From: Nymphaea colorata | Taxonomy: Eukaryota | DNA length: 64,000 nucleotides | Reading direction: 5' to 3' | Assembly (NCBI RefSeq): GCF_008831285.2 | Contig: NC_045138.2 | Coordinates: 22,320,001-22,384,000 of the forward strand | Shown: positions 52,726-64,000 of the stretch, piece by piece | How the letters are laid out: each line of letters opens with the position of its first letter | Numbering within the stretch: position 1 is the stretch's first letter | Program-made: the position numbers and the translations under genes | The notes under the pieces: model-generated | What the model was told of the DNA's origin: nothing | The model's database searches: none | Seen by the model: the letters and a program-made list of their open reading frames with translations, nothing else

Positions 52726-53382
52726 ATGATCGGCACCGGAAGCCAGAGGAATCGAATAGTCGACGGCCCAATCGCCGTCGATTGCAGCAAGGACGTCAGA
52801 AGCTGGAGCTTGATTCGATCCCTGGTCGAGCTCATGGTCCCATGTTGTGTTCCTCACTCGATGTCTTACCCACCATCGGAGGACGCCCAGTCCACTCTCG
52901 GCTCGACCATAACAGGCACGTTCTTCGGCTACAGGAAGAGCCGAGTCAGCTTCTGCGTCCAGGAAGACTCCGGCAGGGCCCCCTTGCTCCTCCTCGAATT
53001 CGCCATCCCAACCTGCTACCTTGCCAAGGAAATGCGGTCCGGGCTCCTGAGGATCGCCCTTGAGTGTGACCGGCCCGGCGGCCGTGCCGGATCCCTGTTC
53101 TCTGTGCCGGCCTGGACCATGTACTGCAACGGCCGGAAAGTTGGGTACGCCATCAGGCGTCAGATGAGCGAGACCGATGCATCGATCCTCAAGATGATGC
53201 GGTCGGTGTCGGTCGGTGCTGGAGTGTTGCCAGCCGAGTCGAAGTCCGGCGATGGGGAGCTCATGTTCTTGAGAGCCAGCTTCGAGAGGATCGCCGGCTC
53301 ACCCGACTCCGAGTCGTTTCATCTGATAAATCCTGACGGGAACTCATCGCAGGAGCTGAGCATTTTCTTGCTAAGATCATAA
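52726..53382 (+). CDS. MIZU-KUSSEI 1-like protein (DUF617)
   Basis: Intact intronless 218-aa ORF with DUF617 motifs: ITGTFFGYRKSRVSFCVQ, LLLLEFAIPT, EMRSGLLRIALEC, WTMYCNGRKVGYA, VSVGAGVLP, LRASFER, DSESFHLINPDG, QELSIFLLR. ATG at 52726. Confidence 0.95.
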   Translation: MIGTGSQRNRIVDGPIAVDCSKDVRSWSLIRSLVELMVPCCVPHSMSYPPSEDAQSTLGSTITGTFFGYRKSRVSFCVQEDSGRAPLLLLEFAIPTCYLAKEMRSGLLRIALECDRPGGRAGSLFSVPAWTMYCNGRKVGYAIRRQMSETDASILKMMRSVSVGAGVLPAESKSGDGELMFLRASFERIAGSPDSESFHLINPDGNSSQELSIFLLRS

Positions 53383-54186
53383 CCACAAGAAGATAAACCG
53401 AATTGCAGGAGAAGATATAGACTTTGCAGCTATATATTGCTCCAAGTATATTAAAGGCCTGTATAAACTCTCGATTACTAAAATTAGCTTCCTGTATGAT
53501 TTTGCTTTCTTTTTAATGACGGAAAAAAAAGTTTCCAGCTAGTAAGCATTGTATGCAAACTTTCGATTTCAATACTGATAATCTATGCTTAATTATGAAC
53601 CTAATTAAAAACTCATCCTGCTAACGGAGGCACGGTGCAGCTGGTTGGGCTAGGAGATTGCTTTGTCTGCTCTCTATTGCAATTTAAGTCGCTATGTCCT
53701 TGTGTTTGATGGGGTGCAAGTGAATCGTATAAAGCCGCTATCACTGATGTTGAAGCAATACCTTGGCAGCCTTACGGCCGCTTTTCCGAACAGTGGGTTA
53801 TGAACTTTCTGCTCGAAAAGCTCACTAGCTAGCTTCTTGCATGCCCCCAAAAAGATGAAAGAACCTTGATTTTCTACCACAAGAAGATAGTCTTAGTTTA
53901 GTTGGAGACGCCATCCGACGCTCGGAAAATTGTGGCCTTCATCTTTTTGGGTTCTTCATTGTAAATGTTCGTGGAAGTATCCATGAACCAGGCATTGGTG
54001 CTTGATGTTAGATTAATTTGGCCAAATGTACAAGTGCCTGCTAAAGCTGTGCTGGAAAGTATTTCATGATTGTTGATGATAATGTACAAATGGACCCCAG
54101 ATCTTTAGCCACAGCCGGCTAAGCGTGGGGGCAATGAAAACAAAGGGGCCGCTGTTATATTGGACGGACTTTGGTAGCATGACGCA

Positions 54187-54189
<3 letters not shown>

Positions 54190-54231
<42 letters not shown>
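54190..54231. repeat. (TA)n microsatellite
   Basis: Seen directly. Confidence 0.97.
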
Positions 54232-54234
<3 letters not shown>

Positions 54235-54661
54235 TTCCCACGTTCCCTACAAGCACTAAAAGCTGCAAATGGAATTGGCACGATATTGATGCATTGCTTC
54301 TTTCCATTTGGCATCTCCATTAGTGCTACTTTACTGGACTCTTGAGTTAAAAGGTCTACTGTAAGACCGCCCAAGGCCCAAAATAGCCTTACACCTTGAG
54401 AGCATCAGCAAGAGGGTGGGAGGCCAAAACATGGCACATTAAAATGGTGTTCCATGTCAAAAGATCAAGAAGTCGCTAGAAAAGTCTGGCTCTATCTTGG
54501 AAAATAATTTTTCGTTCTTTTCTTTTTGTTATATTGTGGCAAGTATATTTGTTTTAAAAGGGAACCAACATGCAAATTTAAGTGTGGCAGGGGCAGTACC
54601 CGAGATATTGAAAGCAGGTTTTGTATTACAAAGGGTTAGATGAAAACTTGAGCGCCTCATT

Positions 54662-54778
54662 CACTCACCGGAAAGTATATAAGTGTATTTTTTTTTTTCA
54701 TCAAAAAATAATAGACAACGGAGACACTAGAAAGTATATAAAGTGTATTCTTTTTCACCAAAAAATAATAGAGAACGC
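54662..54778. repeat. Two-copy ~58-bp tandem duplication
   Basis: gaaagtatata.agtgtatt...ca.caaaaaataataga.aacg occurs twice. Confidence 0.8.
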
Positions 54779-55742
54779 AGAACCTTCATCCGCCACTCTA
54801 TTTTGTGGTCTGTTGTTCCTCTTCTCGCACTCTTCTTTTACGAACGGGAAACCAAGACGGCCATTCGACAAAATACATGATTATTTCTTGTAACATCAAA
54901 CGTATAGATGTGCTTAATTTAAGTGATGCATCATAAATAAAAGCAACTGTGATATTTTTTCTTTTTTTTTTTTTGAAAGAAAAGGTGTAAAAGGAATTGC
55001 TTCTATTGCACTTAATATTTTTCCATAAGCTGAATCGGCCAGTGAAGCGTTTTTCTCAAAAAGAAAACAAAGTTGCCAAATAATTAAGTTCTTATTGGAG
55101 AAGCTTGATAGAAGCAGCTAACTCAGGAATACGGTACTCTGCAAGCTGAACCGCACGAGGCATCCATGATTTGCCGCTGCTTCTTTTGTTTCCTCTGCAA
55201 CTTGCCCAACAACTTTCTTCTTCTTTCTCTTGGTCTCTTAAGTTTGTGGACCCAAAGTATAGCGTGGTCGTGTGCGCCTGTCTTAAAACCATCAATGTCA
55301 CAAATTGAGAGTGGGTTGGTGTAAGATCGTAGCAAACGAGGCATGAGTCCCCGAATGGCACGGGCGGGTGGAGCCTGGGAGGGCGAGAGGGCCCTCTAGG
55401 CATCCGTCATCTTTTGAAATTTAAACAATTCATAACTTCTGCATTATTTTTCCGAACCAAAAAATAACTCTTCCGACCCCTAAGATTTTGATAAAAAAAC
55501 AATGTGTCCCCTTTAGAATTTCCATATATAAGACAAGGCCAGCCCATTTACGTCTACCAATTTCCTAGCTGCAGGTTGTGACATAAACGATTCGCCTTCA
55601 GGTTCTCCAGTGCGCCCTGGTGAATTCGATATAGCAGTATCATTTGTTTCTGAATTCAGATCAGAACTCAAATTTGAACGCTACTTCCAGAACTGAAATC
55701 GGTTCTCATGAGGAACATTAAATGTATATATATTCAGCTCTA

Positions 55743-55745
<3 letters not shown>

Positions 55746-55780
<35 letters not shown>
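55746..55780. repeat. (TA)n microsatellite
   Basis: Seen directly. Confidence 0.97.
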
Positions 55781-55786
<6 letters not shown>

Positions 55787-56058
55787 TGTGTTAATCTCTC
55801 ACTGCAATGCAAAATGAAAGTCGACGACGCCTGTTTATTAGTTTTGTCACAAAGTGACCGCCAATCCCACACAAGGACATCAGTTATGTGCGTGTGCTGT
55901 CTATAACTGAGGATTGTTTAGGCAATGGATTTCTACGAGATTAAGTTTTTAATAAATTTAGCAATGGATGTCATCATCACCTACAATTAGATTTCTGATG
56001 ACGGGCCATACAAATGTAAAACTTGATTTCTACCAATGATTGTTGCCGCCACTAAAAA

Positions 56059-59000
56059 TGTTAACTCAGTATGAAAAGCTCCAGAGGTCTCTAAAAAGTG
56101 ACGGATCAAGCTGGAAGCACCTAGAATCTGTTGTGTCTTCTCTTTCTATTATGCTTGTAACATAATTCACTGAGCTATAACTTTTCTGTTGTATTATTGG
56201 CCATTCACTTTATTCTTTTCCTTGTATACATACATATTTTATCATCATCAACAATAAGCTAAACAAGAAAGAAACTTTTCATCCCTCTCGCAATAGCAGC
56301 TTGCTGGGGGATGCGGCCCCCTACCTTTATTAAACAAAATGAGTTATACAAAAAAAGGGAAAGGATAGCAACAGAAAAAATCTGCTATCCTTCAGGCATA
56401 GTATACCCAAAGGCTGACTCAGCTCTTTCAGAAAACAACTATCATGACACTAAAAACAGGAAAAAAACTAAAGAACAGTGAATGTTAGCTTGCACACAAA
56501 AAAACATCCCTCCACTCCTTCACGTGGGAGGTAATGAAGGATCCAAAATCAGCTGTAGGATGATCTCTTTCAATCTTGACATTGTAGTGGAAAACTTTGT
56601 CAAGCATGTGGAACTCCGATCATATTCTACTGCCATCATAATGTTGCCGTATTCTCCAGACAAGGGCTTCGATCTTAGTGCAAATAATAACACAACTGCC
56701 ATACTCCTTATGATACCTAAACAATTTATCCATCACCTCCAACTCACCAGCGAGTACCCTACCCCTAGGACTCAACAATATAGCATACCATTCGCTCCAT
56801 CACTGAAATAGGAGTTTCCAGCAATCCTCAACTTCCCAGTGATTTCGACATGTGTAACCTCAAAGAAAAGCATATTAGAAGGTTCTTTGCACCTGGCAGA
56901 ACACATAAGATTGGAAATGGCCCAACTTCGGACAGTTCCTTCCGTTTCCTTGGTCCATTTGATACCCAAGAAAATGGCCACACTTGTTGACCATATATCT
57001 TCATTAAAATTAATAGCTGCACTAGGTTTGTCTTCATGCATCAGCCTATTTCGATGCCACCAGATTCGCCCCCAAACAATAGGGAATGTGATTCTCCAAC
57101 ACACCCTCAGCCACCCGTCATGCACCTTCTTATGCATCCACCGTTGAATTTCAAACTGGAAATTGCGAGTGGGTGAATTGATGACGCCGAACTTGGCCAA
57201 GATCCATTCCTAAATTTCTCTGGCTACCTCGCAATGGAGGATAACATGTTCGTTAGTTTCTTCAGCTTTTCTGCAAAAAAGACAACAGTTAGCAAGTTGA
57301 AAACCTAGCTTCTTGATTCTGTCTAAAGTGGGTAATCTGCCCTCGCTTGCAAGGAAGCTGAACCAGCAAGCACTAGATGGAGTTTTTCCTTGCCAAATGT
57401 ATTTCCTCCAGCTCTCTCTTTCTCCCTGCTCCCCTAGTATGATCAAGAATGTTTCCAACTCCAATGCAAGTTTGATGGTTGTCACTCCAAACAACCTGGT
57501 CAGTTTCATTAAAAAGAAGGATGAAGTCTATGTTGCCAATGAGGCCTATGCACACATCCTCAATATCATTAGTGTCCCCTCCTGCTCAAGAGCACCTTAT
57601 TTTTAACTAAGATATTGAGTTCCCTAGCAATATTAAGAGAACTGTCCCCACTAATCCGCTGGATAAGTGGGCTACCCTGTCAAGGATCGAGCCAAAAACA
57701 ACAGCGGTTACCATCCCCAAGCTTACATTCTATCTTATCTTGAATAAGTCTCTAGCCCCAAATGAGCCCCTTCCAGCCCCAGCTACCTCTAATTGACCCA
57801 TTAAGGGTCCAAAGGCTATTCTTCTGAAGGTACTTATTTTTGTACACCTTGAACCAGATGCCATCATCCATCAAGAGTCTGCTATACCTGCTAGCGCGCG
57901 GTTCAGGTCCTCCATTTTGTGGAGGCCAATGCCCCCAAGATCATAAGGGTTACACAGTCTAGCCCAGCCAATGTGGTGGATATGCCGAGTAGACTCGCCA
58001 TCATTCCAAATGAATCTCTTGCATATGTTTTCAAGTTTTATATGAATTCTACGAGGAAGACGGAAGACCATCATCCAATAGTGGGGGAGGGTAGACAACA
58101 CATATTTAATAAGGATTATATGCCCAACAAAAGAGAGAATGAGAGCTTTCCATCCTTTCAACTTATTTTCTATTTTGGAAAGCAGTGGACAACACATGTC
58201 CTTAGTCTACCACAGAAAAAAGGTACTCTAAGATATTCAGCTGGAAGGGAGCTCATCGGCCATTGAAGGATGTTTCTGAGATCCTCTACCCTACAATGCA
58301 GAGTTTTGTCCACGAAGTTAACAGATTTTTCTTTGTTCACTTTCATACCAGTGAACTTCTCAAATTGCTCAAGTATCTCTTCAATGGCACAAAAGAGCTT
58401 ATAGAAGCCTTAGAAACCATGAGAACATCGTCTGCATACATAACCGCTCCTGTCTCTTGGGAGACATTTCGGATCCTGGGAATTTGAATGTTCTTGTTTC
58501 GGACCTCCACTTGAATACGGCGATTGAAAATTTCCATAACGAGAATAAAAAGGTATGGAGATATCGAGTCCCCCTGTCTGAGTTCTTTCGAAACAGTGAA
58601 CCTATCCCCCAAGCGACCATTAATCACCATCTCGTATGACACTGAAGTGACACATTTCATCACTAACTCTATCCATCTGGGTTGAAATCCCAACACATGC
58701 ATGCTATTCTACAAAAATTTCTAAGAAACTCTATCATAAGCCTTCGAGAGATCCAAGTTAGAAAGCAACCCCCTTTTGATCAGAAATCTTTTAAATTAGC
58801 GATCTCATTTGCCCATAAAATGTTGTCTTGAATTTGCCTCCCTTTAGAGAAAGCAACTTGGTTTCTTTGAACTAGACGCATGATGACATCCCTCTCATCC
58901 TGATAACAAGAATTTTAGCAAATAATCTTATAAATGGTGTTGCATAAGGATATGAGCCTATAATTCTCAACCCTGATGGCATTTGATTTTTTTTGCTATC

Positions 59001-62000
59001 AAGCAAATCATGGTGTGGTTAACACTTCCAACAAGTTTAGCTTTCAGGAAAAAAAACTTGCATAGCTGCAACCACATTATTTCTGATGATGCTCCAACAA
59101 TCCTTGTAGAAATAGTTCGGGAAACCATCTGGGCCAGCAGAACTATCCTTGTCAAGACTCTTGACTGCCATACATATCTCCTTTCTCATGATTGGTCGTA
59201 ACATCCATTGGTTCTCTTCATCGGTAACCATGGCTACATCAGACCCCAAAAGCTGCTGGAAATAAGAGGTACAAGCCTTCAAGATATTGACCTCCTCTGT
59301 ATGTGTTTCCCCATCAACTTCGATGACTGTGATATACCGCTTAGCCTTACGACTGTTGGCCATGATATGGAAGAAAGAAGTGTTTTTGTCCCCTTCAGCA
59401 AGCCATTTAATCAGAGACCTTTGCTTCCACATAACTTCTTCCATACGAAGGGCCTCATTGAGCAAACCTCTGACCTTATACTCTTGTTTAGTAGCTCCCC
59501 AATCCCCACTTTCAACAAGAAGCCTACTCTGGTCTAGGCGAAGACGAAGGTTCTCAATCCTGCTCTTAAGCCGACCAAACTTCTCCACATTCCATCTCAA
59601 CAAGGCATCTTTAACTAACCCTAGCTTCTTACGGAGTCTGATCATGGTGAAGCCCCATTTCCTTCTTGACTCTATCCAGCCCATCAGAATCCATGATCCA
59701 AAGCTTGAAAAGCCTGAAGGGATGACGACCCTTGTTCAGTGTGCCATTCGTGAACGTCGATATATTAAGAAACTGTGATCGGAGGTGGAAGAAATAGAGA
59801 CCTTCAGCGTTTCATTACCACCAAACTCGAAAGCCCACTTATCATTCACAAAACACTAGTCAAGCTTACACAACACAGTATCTGACCCGTTTTGTGATTA
59901 GACCACGTAAATTTCTTGGAGGGATCTTCCACTTCAGACAACCGGTAGGAGGCAATGAAGCGATTGAAGGTCAACGAAGATCTAGCTACAGAAGGAGCTC
60001 CCGTTTTGTTCCAGCTACCCATCATTGCATTGAAGTCCCCTATGACCATACATGGGCCATTAATCCTGAAACCACTACCTCAAGCCTAATAAGGTTGTCC
60101 AGCCTATCCACAAGCCTCTTAGGCAAGTAGATACCAAAGATAATAGTTTCTCTGCCATCGCGAAGGTCCTTCAAGCACATACAAACCCAATATGTGTCCA
60201 CAATATAACTAAAAACCTGCACAACATTCTTCCTTTAGAAAGACATAATTCTATCCATACCATTAAGCACATTATCATTAGAAAAAAATCATATTCAGTA
60301 AAGCTTTTCATAGTAGCATGCAACTTATGAGAATCAACCATAAAATCAGAGACGAACCCAATCTCAGGCTTCGCTTGGAAAATAATATCTCTCAACTCCT
60401 TTTGAGCCTCCATCCTAGCGAGACCCCAGATATTCTAGTACAACACTTTCATGAAAAGGAATTGGGGTTATTATCATGAGGCTTGCATGCCTCCATAATG
60501 TCCCGATAGGAGCCTTCCCCTTCAACAGAGATGGCCTCCTCAATATTCTCCAATTGAGCAACATTCCCCTCTATCCTGACCACCATCTTCCTCTTCTTGG
60601 AACCACGTGAGTGAGCCATAAGGAGCTCAATCAGGCTAGTAGCCTCTGGGAAGTCTCCCCTTCTTCACCCTACCCGTGTATCAGATACCCTTTTTTGGGC
60701 CTCGCCTACTATTGACAAACTTGTCATTGCATAAAGGATCCGACTCCGTAGAAACACTCGAAAATTTGATTACCGGAGTCTCCCTCTTCTCTGGGGACTT
60801 GTTGGGGCTGGCTTCTTTCTCCCCATTCAGGTTCAAGGAGAATTCAAGAGGCTTATCTTTCTCTAAATTATAGATCATGCTAATATGCATTAAATTGGCA
60901 AAAGGGTTTGGGTTAGTTACATTACCTCCTACCCGTCGATTGGAGGCTGTACTGGTAGAAGCACGGCCGCTGTTATGAACCTTGGTTTTGCCTTTTCGCT
61001 AGGTGGCTTCACGGTCCCCGACCTTTCTTTGTCTCCTCCCTGGTGCTCCCGTAGAGGATCGGTTGTTGACTCCTTCATATTCGCCCCTATCATGTCGCTC
61101 TATGGATCTAACATCCTATTGTCTTTCCTTCTCAGCCTCTCCACTGAGGACTAAGAACCAATTGGCTTCTGTCCTAGCCGGGTTAGGAGGTTTGTGTCAA
61201 TTTTCCGTCTAACTTCTGATTAAAATCTTAACCTTAGTCCACTCATCCCTGTTAATTTCCTCCTCACTCTTAACGCCTTGAAATTTGCACTGGTTGGAGA
61301 AGTGGGAAGTTGTCCCACACCTGTGGCAATAACGAACGCAGTTCTCATACCAAACTTCCTGAGTATGGTTATAGACCCCATCTACAACGATGGAGATATT
61401 AGGAATCGGTCGGAAACTCAAAGGCACTTTGATGCAAATGCATGCATATCCCAACCTCTCCATCTAGAGGGTGCAACTATCAGCTCTCATGAAAGACCCT
61501 CCCAAGGCCTGTGCTATGAACCTACAACTGTATTCTGCCCAAAAAAACCGAAGGAAGTGCCGACAAATGAATTCAAATGGGCACAGACTTCTCCTCATTG
61601 ATTTTCATTGGCATTCTTGGTTTCTACCTGCTTGCAATTAAAAACCGACCACCAATTGACCATGTTCGGCGTCTCAGGACCACCAGCAGTTCTTCCTCCG
61701 AGGAAACCCTCACCAAAAAATGGCCATTGCCGGTGATGGAGAATCTTGGTTTGGCAACTGACACCCACATCCTTCTTACCTGTTCAAAGATGTGCTTGAA
61801 GTCCAGACCAACATTTTGTCGCCCCCTGTACAAACTTGCAATGGCTGAGAAGCTGAACCTCTGTTTCATCTTTTGATAGACTTCGCTGGGAAGGGTGATG
61901 TTAACCTCATTCCCATACCTTACCACTGAGGCTACCGGCTAATCGGCTTCCTCCTCTGCCCTGCCCCCATGAACCACATTTGCCCAGCTCTTACCTTGAA

Positions 62001-62852
62001 TATCATCTCCTCCACTCGTTACACTGTGCTGCCCAACAGAGCCAAGATGCCCTTTCTTGGGCGAACCTGCTTCAATCCCCTCCATAGCTGCTGTAGTGTC
62101 GCGCTCAGGTCTCTCATCCCCAACATCATCCTCTGTCACCTACCGCCCCTGATTTTGGCTGAACGATGAAACATACCTCTCTCGCTGAAGACCCTACTTC
62201 ACTTGATGTGCTCCAAGATGGGGAAAGGCAGAAACATCCTCCAGATCCATCGCTTCTGCTCACCCCCCCCCCGACAGGAGCCGGGGGCCGACCACATAAG
62301 CGAAACCCAAACCCCACTCTCTCCCCTTGCTCTACGCCTTGTTCATCCTTATGCTCTGTTCTTGAATGGTATCAAAGCATTGACCCATTTACATGTCATA
62401 AAAAGCAATTGCTAACTTGATCAGGCTTCTGGTGAGTGGTTGATCATTCTCTACATTTGTTTCTTGAAAGATTCACAGAAACAGTTATACATGTGCCTGT
62501 GGTTCTTTCAACTTGATCTAAGAAATTTGTGAGTTATTTTATTCTGTTTTATCATGGTAACTATTGTTGATGCATTTCCATATCAAAATCCTCCAAATTG
62601 CTCATCGTTGAAGAAACTGAAAGTGTGCCAAACTTAGTAAATTCATATCCCCTCACTAGAGAAAATTATATAACATGGAGTATATCAACGAACATGGCCT
62701 TAACTTCAAAGAACAAATGCGGATTTATAAAAGGATCAATTGTTTTACCTGGTCCTACTGCATCGGAGCACGACATATATTTTGGTGGAGGTGTAAAAAA
62801 GTGGTGCTTTCATAGAGAATTAACTCATGAGTGAGAAATTGTTTATGGTGTT
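56059..62852 (+). mobile_element. Copia 5' end (LTR split by LINE-2, PBS, gag start)
   Basis: PBS TGGTATCAAAGC 62367-62378 and gag N-terminus (LTRENYITW...ALTSKNKCGFIKGSI) ~62600-62850. Only ~50 bp lie between the LINE and the PBS. LTR-like sequence starting TGTTAA at 56059 lies on the far side of the LINE (inferred). Confidence 0.6.
56290..62316 (-). mobile_element. Near full-length L1-clade LINE (LINE-2), inactivated
   Basis: ORF1 has KSWANVV, a DUF4283-like region and a YCHRCGTTSH...C knuckle. ORF2 from 60452 has endonuclease (GDFN, SDH), WLAEGDKNTSFFH, RT (LRQGDSISPYLF, MYADD) and zf-RVT (CLFCRKAEETNEH). Many stops and frameshifts. Confidence 0.93.
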
Positions 62853-64000
62853 TGTAATCACCCCAAATTTTTTCAAAATTTTTGAAGATCCGAACTAGAT
62901 CCAAGTTCAGATCCAAATCGAACATTTCAGGTCCAAAATTCGAATCGCATTCGAAACGACAAAATTTGGGCATCGCGCATACAAAGACCTTCCCTTTGTT
63001 TTAAAAAAAACTCATTTCTCACGCCGAAATGAGTTTTACACCCAAGTCGCACGTTCGAACGAGTCCACAACCATTTAAACCAAAATCGAATTTGGAGCGA
63101 GTTCAGAGTCGCTCAAAATGGAGTCGATCGCCTATTTTTCTTTAACATTGAACTCTTTTTTTTACATATTTTCAATAAAACTGAACGTTAAAAAAAACGT
63201 AAGTATTATTCAATTATATTTAAAAAATAATACTTACGTTTTTGCGTGTCCCGTGAAGCGCAATCGCGCGACACACAGTCGCGCGACCGGCTCTACGTTC
63301 GCAATAGCGCCCGACGCTGTTGCGTCCAGGCGCTGTCGTCTTCCCCTTTCCCCCTTCCTTTTTGATGAAAAACTGCCTTTTAGGAGGCGGTTTTGGTCTT
63401 TTTGATTGGGCAAAGGCTGAGCTCACTTCTGAAAATGTTTTTACTTATTTTTCAAAATAATTCAAAATTATGTGAAATTCAAATAAAAATGTTATAAAAT
63501 TCAAAAAAAATCAAAATTTAGGATTTGACTCCAAAATCCTTTATAAATACCCCCATAATCCCCCCCCCCCTCTCTTGCGTATGAGTGGCTTTTGGGAGAA
63601 ACCCTAATAATCTATATTATTATCACTTGAAGACTTAGGGTTTCTCTTGAGCTCTCTCTCTCTCTCTCTTCTTCTTTCCATTTCTCATCTTCCTCTCCAA
63701 TTTGGAGCTACAACTCTCTTGGAGACATCCTCTTCATTATCTTGGAGATTCTTTCAAGGTAAGTCCAAGATCATTTTAAGCATTGTTGTTCATTTTCTTA
63801 AGTCATTTCTCATTAGAGGTATGTAATTATCATCCTTCTCATTTCTCTCTTATTTTCTTTTTTTCTCATCTTCATCTTTCCATGATCAAAGAAGATAGTA
63901 CTCAATCTCTTTTTAGAGACAAGAGGCTATACTTAGGTGTACCAAGAACATGGAAAGATGAGATGATATTTCATTTCATGATTTAATCATGTTTCCTCTT
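62853..64000. mobile_element. Gypsy-type LTR (runs off the window) inserted in Copia gag
   Basis: Begins TGTAATCACCCC, similar to Tekay/Del-type LTR termini. Contains TATAAATACCCC followed by a CT-rich tract. It cuts the gag fragment abruptly. Confidence 0.65.

Overview
Plant (angiosperm-like) nuclear DNA made up mostly of decayed, nested retroelements. Two cellular genes are recognisable. One is an L-type lectin receptor kinase on the minus strand (15084-17094), broken by two single-base frameshifts. The other is an intact, intronless MIZU-KUSSEI1-like (DUF617) gene (52726-53382). The rest is three L1-clade LINEs, three two-LTR Ty1/Copia elements, several truncated Copia relics, a solo LTR, Gypsy-like LTR sequence, hAT- and Tourist-like MITEs and microsatellites. 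The more unusual observations are: LINEs ending in a short hairpin plus a (TC)n/(GA)n tract instead of poly(A); a 4-copy, ~1.1-kb tandem array built from an LTR/LINE/MITE-like junction with mosaic units; an orphan exon-like fragment of chaperonin CCT8; and an 18-codon uORF ahead of the MIZ1-like gene. I see no convincing evidence for a wholly new multi-gene system. All family assignments come from motif recognition by eye, not database searches.
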